A stretch of DNA of 62,571 bases, counting the filler, from Hausera hauseri (taxonomy: Eukaryota), in the NCBI GenBank assembly GCA_046269625.1. It is 11 parts of 11 records of this genome, joined end to end, with 100 filler letters (N's around TTAATTAATTAA, not from the genome) between each part and the next. Parts side by side here need not be neighbours in the genome. Positions count along the whole stretch, not along the records: positions 47,699 to 53,740 come from JBJURY010149200.1; positions 53,841 to 58,416 come from JBJURY010521791.1; positions 58,517 to 62,571 come from JBJURY010790646.1; 8 more parts are not named here. One strand, given 5' to 3'. This document shows positions 49,950 to 62,400 of the stretch, one piece after another (the stretch's first letter is position 1; each line of letters opens with the position of its first letter). A model generated the notes under the pieces. That model saw only the letters and a program-made list of their open reading frames with translations, did not search any database and had not been told where the DNA came from. The position numbers and the translations under genes were made by a program.

Positions 49950-52900
49950 GAAGGTTTATGTCTCGGTTGGTGAGGTATCATGAACGTAAAAGGCGGGTTT
50001 TGGATTAGTAATATGCACAACAACTCCTTTACCGTCTTTGAGAATAATAGCGTTGTGTGGATGCAGCTGCACTAATTTACATGGTCCTAAGTACTGTGGT
50101 TGGAAACCACACTGTGTCTGTTTTTTTAGCCATACAAACTTTGCCGAGTATAAGTCTTCGGGTATATAAGATGTGTCATTGTGTAAAAGCATGCAAAACG
50201 AATTTTTGCTGATTGTAAAGAAATGATCTTGTGCTGCTCGTATTCTTTCATCCGTAGGAGTCTCTTCAACAGCCATTAGTTCAAAAAGTGATTATACAGG
50301 GGTTCCAAATAAAGCTTCTGTTGGTGACCATCCTGTGAACGTGGACGGAGTGTTCAGTCAGCCCAACAGGACGAACGGTAGAAGTGTAGTCCACTTGGTG
50401 TTGGACTGTGCAAGGATTTGAAGTGATGTTTTCAAAGTTCGGTGGAAACGTTCGAGCAGAACATTTTATTAAGGATGATAAGGTGTTGTATAAATGTGAA
50501 TTATACCCAATCGGTTGACTAGAGACTTAAACAGATTTGATTCGAATTGTAGACCTTGGTCTGAGATGATATAACGAGGAGATCCGAACCTACTAATTCA
50601 TGTACGGATGAAAGTATTTGCTATTGCGTCGGTGTTTGTACTACGCAGTGGAATAGCTTCCGGCCATCGTGAGGAACGGTCCATCATTGTCAGAATAAAC
50701 TAATGTCCGTTGTCTATTGGAAGAGGAACAACGATATCAATATGTACGGTTTCAAAACGTGATGTGCATGGAAAGTGGTATAATGGGGGTTTTAGATGTT
50801 TTATTGTTTTATATTTCTGACAGGACACGCACATTAACCAATGCTTGCACACCGGAGCGCATGGATAGCCATACTACTTAACGTTGAAGTAAGCAAAAAA
50901 TTGCTTTGGCACCAGGATGATGTAACGAATGTACATTATAAAATGCTTGTTTGTGTAAAGATGAAGCAAGAATTATTTAGAATTTTCCTGGTTTTGAAGT
51001 ATCTAAGGCCACCGCGTCGATTATCTGGTGAGATTTGTACGATTTGAGAATATCTTGCGGTCGCTGATTTTCCCGGAGCTTTGTCTGAGTAAAAATTGGC
51101 AAAAAATTGATTGAACCGACTGATCTAGATAGGAAATCGGCAACTAGATTGTCAACACCTTCGATGTGTTTGATGTCAAAATTGAATGTGGACAGATATG
51201 AAATTTGCCGTTCTTGTCGAGTTGAAGGGTGTTTTATTGACATTATATTAATTAACGGCTTGTGATCAGTCTGTATAACGAAATGGCGAGCTGTAAGTAA
51301 GTGAGAAAAATGACTTAAGGCGAGGACTATTGCCAACAATTCCCGATCGAAAGTTAAATGTCTAGTTTCTGGTGGCGTTAATTTTCGGGAAAAATTCTAG
51401 AGGTTGATATTCTGCTTTATACAACTGGTGTAATACAGCACCTACTGCGATGTTTGAAGCATCTGTAGTTAAAATTAACTCGGAACCAGGTTTAGAAAAT
51501 GCTAATATTTCAACAGTCTTTAGTCCTTCTCGTAGACTATCAAATTTAATGACTAGTTGTTGTGTCAACACGATTTTCTGGTGTGTTTTTTTCCTCCGCT
51601 TAAATGTGCAAAAGATGCCGTGAGTTCTGAATAATATGGAATGTATTTGTGGACGAAATTCAGGGTACCGAGAAAACTGCGTATTTCTGTAGTTGTCTTA
51701 GGTAGTTGGACATTTTCAAGAGTCTTGACTCGGTCAGATTGAGGTGAATGGCGGTTTGAAGCGATAATATATCCCAGGAAATTAACGCGTTTTTGAAAGA
51801 AGTTACATTTCTCGAAATTGATCTGTAGATTAAACTGGTTAACTCGTTTGAAAATGGATCGTATGTGTTCCTCGTGTTGTTTAATTGATGAAGAGGCAAC
51901 CAAGATATCATCAATATATGGATGCGCAAAGGTGAAGTCTGAAAGTATTGAATCAATGTGTCACTGAAAAGTCTGCGCAACATTCCAGAGACCGAAAGGC
52001 ATATACAAGTACTCAAAAAGACCAAAAGGTGTTGGTAACTGCAGTTTTTTCGATGTCTTCAAGTGCAACAGGAATTTTGTGGTAAGCTTTGGCTAAATTA
52101 TTTGATGAATAAACTGAAGTAGTATTCAACCTATGTAATATGTCTTTGATTAATGGTAATGGATATGCGTTTATTATGGTTAAAGTATTAAGCTGGCGGT
52201 AATCGCCGCACGGTCGAAAGGATCCATCTTTTTTGGACAACGTTGAGAAGTGAAAACCATGGGGATTTAGATCTGCGTACGATACTTGAATGTCCGAGTT
52301 CCATAAATTTAGCCCCTACTTCCTGCCTGCGACGTGGTGACAATGGACGGACTTTTTGTCTAATAGGCCTTTGATGTCTTGTAATTATATGGTGGTAAAT
52401 GACGTTTACAGGGGTAAAGTTCCGATCTTGCTGGAGAATACGAGGACAAGAAGTATGGATAAATTGTTATAAACTAATGAATAGTTGCTGGAATGTTGTT
52501 AGAGACGATAAACCAAGGTTGCTAGTACTGGATGTAATGTGGTTGGTTGTTGATGAGTAATCAGGTGGAGTTTGGAGTAGGATGGTCGGGTCAGGAGCCG
52601 TATTTGAGTGGGTGTTGTTGTTCAGTGATTTTACTGAAAATACCATATCGCGGGTGTCGACATTTCCTTTGGAAACTTACGATGTAAAACGTTATAGTTA
52701 TTGGAATTATAATGAGGTACTGACTGTTTTAAAATATATTGCCTACTTACTGTTGACTGTGTTGTCATTGTGGTGCTGTCTATTGCTATGTTGCGGTCTA
52801 CAGGTGTATTCGATTTCAGGCAGAGTCGGTTACAATTGACTAGCAAATTATAGTGCGAAAGGAAATTGGATCCAAGTATTGTCGTCTGGACGTTAGCGAC

Positions 52901-53740
52901 TGTAAACGTCCAATGGAATGAAGAGGAAAATTCTGGTAGAGTAAAAGATAATTTCCAAGTTCCGGCAATATGGAGAGGTTGACTGAGGCGGTGTGTAAAG
53001 ATTTTATTTTATGTAAAGAATGCTGATCCGGAAAAAAAGGTGTGAAGCAGTGAAATCGTTGCGCCCTCATCAATGAGAAAGTCTATAGATTGAATGTTAG
53101 GATTAGATATAGCAGCTTTTATTGTAAAGACTGCAAATGAAAAGTGTCGGTAAGATGATTTATGTAAGTCGCCTTTGCCAAAATCTGCCGAGAATACTAG
53201 TGGCGAAATTAGTTTTTTGGATTGGTGAGTTAGGATGGCTACATTTAGAGAAACTGAAATGTTTATCAGTGGTGTAGTTATTGTTAGTTTTTATATTTAC
53301 AGCATGAAATACAATTTCGAGCTCTAGATCCAAATTTTGCATGATAGATGCAAACTATGTTATCTGAGTATAGATTCGGCGAATAATATCTACACCCTAA
53401 ACAGCATTTATTTGAGTTGTTATTAAATTTTTTGTGGTAATTACATATAAATGACCGCGTTGATGACGGTGTTCAATTTCTGGAACTAGAACGTGTTCGA
53501 TGATGCGAGGAATCATTCCGTCGATGTAAGGAAAGGTCATTCAGCTTATCATTGATGGTGTTGATTGTATGTTGTAATGCTGCATTTGCGGCACGTAATT
53601 GGTTCAATTGGTTCTCGATAGATGTATGTCGTTGATTGTCATCGGTCATAATAGCGGCAGATATAATGAGTTGTGATTGGATTTGTAAGACTTCGTGTGC
53701 TTTATTGGCTAATTAAGCTAGTTTATCTAAGGCTGTAGAA
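49950..53740 (-). mobile_element. Degenerate Gypsy gag-pro-RT-RNase H-IN, same family as 23400-24830
   Basis: CNYHKKF and CIYHAKFG gag motifs, FRPCGDYRQLN, YIDDILVAS, TDASN, TDHKPL, HIDIV, DRSSRWPEA, SDQGLQFES, ERFHRTLK. Confidence 0.9.
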
Positions 53741-53840
53741 NNNNNNNNNNNNNNNNNNNNNNNNNNNNNNNNNNNNNNNNNNNNTTAATTAATTAANNNN
53801 NNNNNNNNNNNNNNNNNNNNNNNNNNNNNNNNNNNNNNNN

Positions 53841-54780
53841 CTGGACAAAGGGGAGGTTGCACTCACTGAATTTAGTTTTCCCTACGCACCGGTAACATTG
53901 AAATGTAGTATGAAAATAATGTACAAGACTGTTACTGAAATCAAAACACATTCTTGTCCTCTGACACTTACTGACAATAAAATAACAGTTGTAAAATCGG
54001 TCATTTACACGTCCAGTAAAAATTACGGTGTATACGGCAAAATCGGTGTTTTTTTACTGTTACCTTTCCGTCCGCTGAGATGGCGCAGAAATTTGGATTC
54101 AAAAATACACAGTACAAAGGCAATCGTATTAAAAGTGAATATATAGTTGCTCCAAGATTAAGTCCCATATATTATCAGACAACGGTGAAATTTACCTATA
54201 CAACAGGAAGGGTGTCAACGTTATACACCTCGGTTGGAGATAATGTCTATTGTGAATCTGTAGCATAGCTCTGTCAACACTTTTCTTCTAATAAAAAGTA
54301 CAAGGCGATATTTAAAGTTTTTGAGTCCGATGCAAATGGGTACATTAAATTTGAACTGACTAAGGATATTGTCGATCTTTCACTAGAAAAAGGTTTGGCC
54401 ATAGCATAGGGTTTTGAAAAACAGTGGTTTGAGACATTATATACGAAGACAGAGGCGGAGGTGACAAATGTTGCAACACTCAAACCCAAACTGAAAACGG
54501 GACTAAGTCAAATGTACATTTACGTGAATGTCACCAAACCAATTTTGGTCGGTGGAGTACGTGTACCGCTACTCCGTGCAATTTATCCGGAAAGCAGCAA
54601 GTATACTGTTGGCAACAATGTCACTGTCAAGCTCGATAATCCAATGTACGTACATGTGGCATTTACATCTATAAACAATATTGAAGCGAATATTCGATGT
54701 GACACGGCTACCTTATTGAATTTCCGTACGGTACCACAACCAATCTAACTTTTCATTTCCGTCGAATCCAACAACAACAA
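53841..54780 (+). pseudogene. Maverick/Polinton minor capsid (penton) protein, fragmented
   Basis: EVALTEFSFP start; MYIYVNVTKPILVGGVRVPLLR, NPMYV, INNIEANIR, TFHFRR end. Confidence 0.75.
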
Positions 54781-54784
54781 CAAC

Positions 54785-55147
54785 ATGATTGATTCCGAAA
54801 TCGTATCCATTTACAGTAAACCGCAGCAGGGCGGTGAACTGCAGTATTTCGTTGGTAAACAGTATGGCTCTGTATGGTTGCGTACATTGGCACTTTTAGC
54901 ATTTCCGGTGTTGAAGCGTATTGGAGCCGTGGCAGCAAAAATGGCACAGGATGTACTATATTAAAACAAATCGATTTTACTATCGCTGAAGGAACACGCC
55001 TTGTCAGAAATAAAAACCGCTGCACCGGGAGTCGTTGAATGGGTCAAAAAACAATTCGCTGGCAGTGGCTTGATGAGAAAACTTCGTAGAGCATCATCGA
55101 GCTCATCAACTATAAACAAACGTCGTCATCGTACGATTTTCGGTTGA
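54785..55147 (+). pseudogene. Small basic core-protein-like ORF
   Basis: MIDSE...QQGGELQYFVGKQYGS.WLRTL...AGSG...KRRHRTIFG with one internal stop; lies between penton and hexon. Confidence 0.55.
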
Positions 55148-55148
55148 T

Positions 55149-56340
55149 ATGGCATCTGCAAAATCTGAATTGTGTATATTTGACAAAGCGGCGCCACAAG
55201 TTGTTATTGACAGTGCGGCATTTGAAGAAATCTACTCCATTGATTCGGTTTCAACGGATGATAACATTGACATTCAATTCAACATTGTGGCATCGGACAA
55301 TGAATACCTGGATTTGAACGATACGCTACCCTATGTAAAAGTTATTGTTAAAAAGGATTCGTCAACGGTTTTTGCTGCAACAGACACTGACACACCGGCC
55401 AATTACTTTTTATTCACACTGTTGCAGGAAGCTTCACTGACTTTGAACAGCGTCAAAATCGAAGGCAACACCAGTCTGTACAGTATCAAAGCACCCACTG
55501 AAACGGCTCTGAATTACAGCGCGGACACGAAAACGACTCATTTGACGAAAATTATCGGATATGACGCCACTGCAGCAAACCGTCAGGCATGGGTGGCAAA
55601 ATCAAAGGCGCTTACAATGTGTGGACCGCTGTACTTTGACTTTTTCGATCAACCGAAATACTTAATACCCAGCGTTAAAGCCATAATTTGGCTCAAACGC
55701 AGTGACAATGTCTTTTGTTTGAAAACTACCGTTGCAAATCTCAAACCGGTACTGAAAATTACCGAGGCACGATTGTACGTACGTCGTGTAAAGGTAGAAC
55801 CATCCGTGCTCATGGGACATCGATTGGACTTGGAAACGCAAAATGCCTGTTACCCGATACAACACACAAAACTCGTCTTTCACACCATACTCAAAGGTTC
55901 GACAACATTTTACAAGGACGCACTGTTTGGCGACATGCGATTGCCAAAATTTGTGCTCGTTACATTTCAAACGACTGTTCAACAAACGGGTAGTTATACA
56001 ACGGATTCAAAAACGTTTACCCATAGCAATGTGAATTACATCAGTTTTAGTCAGAATGCGTTGAGACCTACAAACAGGACTTTGAGTCTAATGATTATGT
56101 TTGCACATATATGCAATCTATCGTGTGCAACATCGGATTACTGAACAAAAACATTAACAATGGCATATCTATGGATTTGTTTAAGTCCACCTATCCATTC
56201 TTTCTCTTTGTTCTGGCTCCGGATTATGACGTTGAACAGACTCAACTACATCAGCAGGGAAACCTACTACTGGAAGTTCATTTACGGAGTATTTGATGCC
56301 GAGGTTGAAATAAAGAAAAACGGAACCGTCATTGTGTAAA
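55149..56340 (+). CDS. Maverick/Polinton major capsid (double jelly-roll) protein, frameshifted near the C-terminus
   Basis: KSELCIF, EYLDLNDT, FFDQPKYLIP, ARLYVRRVKV, YPI, LPKFVLV, GNLLLEVH. Confidence 0.85.
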
Positions 56341-56439
56341 TAAAATCCGCTGTGTCTCACCTTTTCTTCTTCGTCGTCGTACTATGAAGTAATTTATTGC
56401 TACTATTACTATTATACTTAATTCACATTTAGCTCCACC

Positions 56440-56790
56440 GAGCTCAGTCACTACGGAAAACTACTCTTTGGCGTGAAATTCCGCAGCGTGTTTCCACCGG
56501 ACTGTGTGCCGCGTAATTTACAACAAACTGGCGGCTTTATCGTCAATACACACACCTCATCATTGCCGGTCGAACATGGGATTGCTGCGTACGTCCACCA
56601 TCCGACCAACGTCGTCAGAGTATTCGATCCGCTAGGATTTTACTATCCGTCATCGTTAGTATCTCAAATTGTGCAGCAATCATCATCATCATACCGTGTT
56701 GAATATAATCGAGTTTATAATCAACATCCAATGACTATACTGTGTGGACATTACTGCTTATTGTGGCGTACATTACAATCACTTTTGTGA
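56440..56790 (+). CDS. Adenain-like cysteine protease
   Basis: FIVNTHTSSLPVEH (His), VFDPLG (Asp), NQHPMTILCGHYCL (Gln, Cys). Confidence 0.85.
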   Translation, partial: ELSHYGKLLFGVKFRSVFPPDCVPRNLQQTGGFIVNTHTSSLPVEHGIAAYVHHPTNVVRVFDPLGFYYPSSLVSQIVQQSSSSYRVEYNRVYNQHPMTILCGHYCLLWRTLQSLL

Positions 56791-56959
56791 AATATATGTG
56801 TATTATTTTATTGCTGCGAACAAATCGTGATATGTGACAATCATTATCCTTGTAAGTAGTAGTAGTAGTAGTAGTACTCGATTATAAGCTTTTCGTACAA
56901 AATAAAATTCACACGCACGACTTTTTACAAAAACGAACGAACGAACGCATTTACAACGA

Positions 56960-58095
56960 GATTTTTACTTTTAGCAATGCGTTTTTTCGTTCGTTCGATT
57001 GCATTTATCATCCCAATCTATTGATCTAATCGTGAGGCGGCTATAATATGAAATGCTCAACTACTGATGGGCTGCGTGCTTAACCCATTTTTACAACCAG
57101 CAGACTTGAACAATGGGAAACTTTTACCGTTTGAAATTTTCCCATCAATTTGTCCCCATATTCCCATGGTCAGACCGAGTTGAAATTGTATGCATTTGAT
57201 TCCCCGACATCGGTTTGACATTTGCACCGAACATTGCACAATTCGTAACTTGTGCCTCGTTTCTCATAAAACATTTCTTCTTTTGCTTCTTTTGCTTCTA
57301 GCGCTACCCAATAACATTTTCAACTCTCGCCGCGCTACACATTTTTTTTCCACTCATCAAGCTCTACCGATTTTTGTCGGTGACATGTGCTTCCAATCCT
57401 GGGGGAGGTCTCCGACCAAAAAACATGAAATGCTCAGAATTGCGAGATAGGTGGGGAAAACTTAGTCCGAGGTCCGCCTGAGCACTTTTTGGGTAGTGAG
57501 ATGGAGCTGTCACTTCTACCTACTTGATAATTTTGACTTTAACATTTTTTCGTTCGTTCATTTTATTGCGTTTTCCACCTCGACCCATTGGTCTGATCGC
57601 GAGGCGGCTAAAATATGAAAATTTTCCCAGCTTATGGGCAATGTACGAGACCCATTTCCATCACCGGCGGACTTGAACATGAGGAAATTTTACTTGTTTG
57701 AAATTTTCACATTAATTTTTCCCCATGTTCCCATGGTCTGACCTAGTTGCAATTGTGTCCATTGCAATCGCCAATATCAATTTATCTCTTGTACACATTT
57801 TCTCAGTGCTATAAACATGATTAGCGTTACACGTGGAACATTTCCTGTTTTGCTTCTTCCTCTTCTAGCGCATCTCTCTTACATTTCTGTAAGCCGCACC
57901 TCTGTTAACTTTTGCTCACCTCGTCACACGCTATCGATATCACCTGGTCCGTACCCCTTTGCTCGACCTTATTTTCTGAGGGGGGAGGTCGTGAGAAAAT
58001 CGGTGAAGTATTCGAAATAGCCAATCAGATGTGGTATACTAGTTAACTGACCAATCAGAGAAGTGAGGTGGAGCTGACACGTCTACCTACTTATG
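56960..58095 (-). repeat. Tandem duplication (~570-bp period) of a small ORF plus a 31-bp motif
   Basis: FQLGLTMGIWGQI...FKSAG...FHIIAASRLDQ versus LQLGQTMGTWGKI...FKSAG...FHILAASRSDQ; motif at ~57495-57525 and ~58062-58092. Confidence 0.8.
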
Positions 58096-58416
58096 CTCAT
58101 AGTCTAATGACTTTATTCCTATAATAATAATTTTTTGAGTATGAAAAACATTAACACATAGTGGATGGAATTCTGTTAGACGTAATGCTGGAAATAATTC
58201 CGGTTCATATGAACATGGTACAATCTTTGCCAACTCATTCAGATTGATATTTTCATTCAGATTCATATATATGGTAATTGATTGAAGTTTTTCTATTTTA
58301 ATGTTTGGGGTAAATCTAATTCCAAAATAGGGTTTTTACAGCCCATAATACGACAACTACCGCTTGTAAACATGATGATTTTATAGTCGACATAATTCAG
58401 AATACACTATCTTGGT
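58087..58416 (-). pseudogene. TATA-binding-protein-like ORF, 5'-truncated and frameshifted
   Basis: IIMFTSGSCR.IMG ... INLNELAK...SYEPELFPALRL...P..VNVF...KIIIGIK resembles both TBP repeats. Confidence 0.65.
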
Positions 58417-58516
58417 NNNNNNNNNNNNNNNNNNNNNNNNNNNNNNNNNNNNNNNNNNNNTTAATTAATTAANNNNNNNNNNNNNNNNNNNNNNNNNNNN
58501 NNNNNNNNNNNNNNNN

Positions 58517-59233
58517 TTATTACACTTGAAGTTTTTGTACCTTAATGCAGGTTAGGTCTACCGTTATCGAGTAGACAGAATGTACCTCATAACAATTGGT
58601 TTAATCAGTAAAGCAGGTACTCGCTTGCGGTCCTGTGCGAATATGGTTAATTGAAGTTTTCTCTTAACTATATAATGTTACAGTGAAGATTTTAACCCTA
58701 GGGTAGTCAAATTGCTTTTAAGAAGCGAAGCAAACTATGAAGAAATTTACACAATGAAATATTTAACAACAATTACCAAATCTTCCAAGAAATAATGTCA
58801 AGCACAATATCGATTGTCTTTTAATCGTTTCCACGGATCAATAATTCAACTTCTAGCAATAACGGGAGTTTTCCTCAACAATTTCGTCGTCCTTCGAATT
58901 TTTCGCAAACTACAAACTACTCAACTCTTCCCATACTTATATAGTCTCATCCCTTTTAATTATTTTCTTTTATTCCAATTAATTCTGTTATAGATAATAT
59001 TGTTTCGCCTTTTTGTTCTTTATTATTAATTATGTCGTCTGCAAACTACAATCATTCAACTAGATTCAATTGTTCCTTTGTACAATTTCAATTATTTTCA
59101 ATTGTTTGATTCTACAATACAATTATATCCAGTTATTCTATTTTACAAATAAAATCAATTAGGTACACTAATGCGTATCTACATATTGCTATTTTCAATC
59201 TAATTACGAGCTTGTTACAGCTGTACTATAACA
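58517..59233 (-). repeat. 3' LTR, truncated by the contig end; PPT AGGGAGAAGAGA at 59245-59234
   Basis: TGTTATAG start after the PPT, same junction as 212-231. Confidence 0.7.
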
Positions 59234-61701
59234 TCTCTTCTCCCTGAGCGGCATCCTCGGATGTGCCCATTGCGTCAGGAGAGGTGACGCCTAAACGGTT
59301 TGACCGCAATAGATTCATACGCTGTATTAGACTGGGCTCGGAGTTTGTACTTGCTTGATTTTCTCTGGGATTCATTTCGAATTCATAGCTGTGATGCGGT
59401 TTTATTCTGACTACTCTGGTATAGCTCCCATTGGAAAAATATTTTAGGTCTGTAGCTTTGGCTCTACAGACTGGACAGGTAGTTTTGCCATTATCTAGTG
59501 TCCATTTTTCCTAGCAATCTCGATAATATTTATGTCGACAGTCCGAATTGTCCAAAATCACATAGCCCTGTTTAAGATTATCTTCGCACACTGGGCATTT
59601 TTTTCCTCTTTCCCAATTTTCATCGTCCAAATCGACTCGTATTGAAACCTCAATAGTTTCTATCACTAGTCCATCCTCATCCTGATATAGGTAACCATAC
59701 ATCCTCTTCTGTCTAGGGTTTATCGAACTTTTTTTCCGATCGCATCCCACGGGTACTAAGGTCCAATCGCTGATAGTATCTCAATCTAAATCGGGAACCT
59801 CATCAGTCGATCGGTACTTCTGATACAGATTTATCCACCGGAACTATAAGCTTTCCATTCCTTTTGGACTGAAAAATTGGGGTGATATATCGGCCTGTTT
59901 TTGGATTCTCCCAGATGTAGGTGTTTTCATAGACCTCTCTTGCTGGTGTAGTCTCTAGTCTGCTTTTTTTATCCGTTTTTGACTGTAGTATTCTGTCGTT
60001 ACCCAAATTCTATGGTAGTTCTCCGTGGTGGCGTAATGTATATCGTCTGTAGAACTTTTCTTCCGTAATATATTTATTTCTGTTATTTGCTCATTGGGTT
60101 TATCCGGTATTTCTTTAGTTTGTTTTGTTCTCTGTTGATTCGGTGTTTGTTCCTTTTGGTTACTTGGTCCTTCCGTTTTGCAGATTGGTCCTTTACTTTT
60201 ATATTCACAGTCCTCTTCCTGGTTCTTTTCTCTCTCTTTACTTTTTTTCTTAAATAAGTAATCGAAGACAGAAATGTTCCTTTTTATCGTTTTCCCGGTT
60301 TGAACTCCTTTGACATTATCTTCCTTTTTAAGGTACTTTTTGGGAACTTCTGGTGTCTTGAATTCATCACAGTTTTCGACCGGCTTTGTTACGAAACAAG
60401 TACCAGGCTTCTTATCTGTTTGTGGTTTATCTTCAGTTCTTTCGGATTTTAATCCCTGGATGGTTATCTGATAATTCCACTTCGGTGTAATTTCAACATT
60501 CCTCGGCGGGGAATACGGGCGGAAATGGTTTCTATATCTTGTACTAATTTCTTAGAGTTTGCGTTCTGCCCAGGTTTACTGGGAATCCATTCGTGTTCCC
60601 ACTTTAGTTCAGCACTTATGTCTCTTAGATATTGGGAGCGTTGACTAGCGGTCAGTAGTCGGCTTATTTTAATGTGTCCTCCACTCATCGCTTCTATCAT
60701 TAACTTAAATTGGCCTTCCACGGTCGGCGGTAAGTACTTTTTTTCTCTTTGACTCTGATTTCTATTTGTTCCATTACAGTTGGGTGGGTCTTTATATCTC
60801 TCTTATTCTGGCTATGTGTGTTACTGGTATTCTTAATTTTTTTACCATCCTCTCTACTTGGTAACTTACTATGACATAACCGTATAGACAATGTGCTGCT
60901 TCCTCTTGAACTAACCTGGAATCTTTTCCGTAAATTAAATGTTCCCTTTTTAGTCCGGTTACTTCTGCATAGGTTTCCTTTAGCTTCTTTCTTGGGTTAA
61001 TGATGTTCGAACAGACTTCGGTCCCGTTTGCTTCTCAAATATATATTTCAATTGGAGTATAATTTCCTAGGTTTTCTTCTCCGTAGTTTACTGCGACGAT
61101 CCGGATGTTCCTCGCATCTGCTACCAATTTAAATTAATGTAAGTGTGCATCATGTTCCTCTTCAGTGGGTCACTGTCGGAATTTTAGTGATGGTAATGGA
61201 ACGATGATTGTTTCTTCCTCGGTTATTTCAACCATCAGCTTCATGGGCAAAGCGGCTATGCGAAATTCCAGCTCGTAGTCGAGGTCGCGAAAATTTTTAC
61301 TATTAAATACGAAGGTGCTATATCTGCTTTGTCACCCTTAAAATTAGTCCAATTTTTAGTCCTTCGACCGATAATAAATTTTTCCGTCGGCTAGGTGTAT
61401 GAATAATTTCTGTTCTTTGTCTGTTCTATACTGAGTGATCTGTCGTAAGGGGTATGCCCTTGCATCCTTATCGTCTCTCTATGCGTATAAGTAGACAGCT
61501 CTAGCTTCCTCAGTTGTTCCTTTTAGACTATTTGGAATGTCGTTGACCTTTTAGAACTGGATAAGGGTTTGCCTTTGTAGTTCCGTGTTGATCTGTCTGT
61601 AAATAGCTTTGGAATTTGGAGTCAGGACGGTTACGTATTGTTGCAAATATCCGTCGATACTAAGTCGACTCGCTTTCATCTCGATCTGGTTACTTACTAA
61701 T
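59226..61701 (-). pseudogene. Degenerate 3' accessory ORF with a C-terminal RING finger (~59455-59600)
   Basis: CPVC-x13-CRHKYYRDC-x12-CPVCR; ends ML* inside the LTR; begins at a strong splice acceptor. Confidence 0.7.
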
Positions 61702-61799
61702 CTGAAAAAGAAAACATAAAGGTTAATCTTAAAACAAAGTATGGCTTTAAACCGAAACCAATTATTTGTTTGATGACAGAATAACCTGATTTGTAATTG

Positions 61800-62400
61800 T
61801 CAGGTTATTTTATCATACGGGTTTATAGGATTTTCCGCTTCCCTTAATTCCCATTCTAAACTTTTAGGACGCTTAGAATAATGATTTTTTGCAACTAATC
61901 GAAAAATCGCAATTAACATAATGAGAACAAACGTTGATAGTACTGTAACGGATACAATCGGTAAGATGGTTAATCCTAACGGTACTTGGGTAGTAACTAA
62001 AGTTGTAGTTTCGTCGTCTTTATCCGCACATAAGTGCGACTCTACATGAATTTCGTCTAAGGTACGTAATATAATTGTTTGGTTTTGCTTATTCTCTGCA
62101 TGCACTTGTACTATGCATTCAGATTGTGGTTTTAGTAAGTTGCACTCTGTTCAATAAGTATTTTTAAATAAGATTACAATTTGATTATTATATGTTGTTC
62201 GACAACTTATGTGTTTATCGTAATTTTGTTTATTTTCCACAAAGAACACGATTTTATACCGGTGCGTCGATTATTTGATAGATACGCTGTCTAACTCGGC
62301 TTTAGGTATGTTGCTCGCTGTAACGGTTCGGGTAGTGGAATTAACTTTAGTGGTCGATGTGGTTGTGCTTGCAACGATGAATATTCAAATTCCACAAAAT
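61800..62400 (-). pseudogene. Type I membrane protein: Thr-rich stalk, FN3-like domain, TM helix and short tail
   Basis: STTTSTTKVNSTT; ECNLLKPQSECIVQVHAEN; LTILPIVSVTVLSTFVLIMLIAIF-RL; tail ENPINPY. Confidence 0.6.

Noticed and set aside
49700-49950. Purine-rich quasi-repeats
   Set aside because: Low-complexity Pro/Ser/Thr-coding tail downstream of the integrase, no fixed period
59790-59830. CTGATGAG hammerhead-like core on the minus strand (also CTGATGA at ~3159 and ~13744)
   Set aside because: No stem II followed by GAAA
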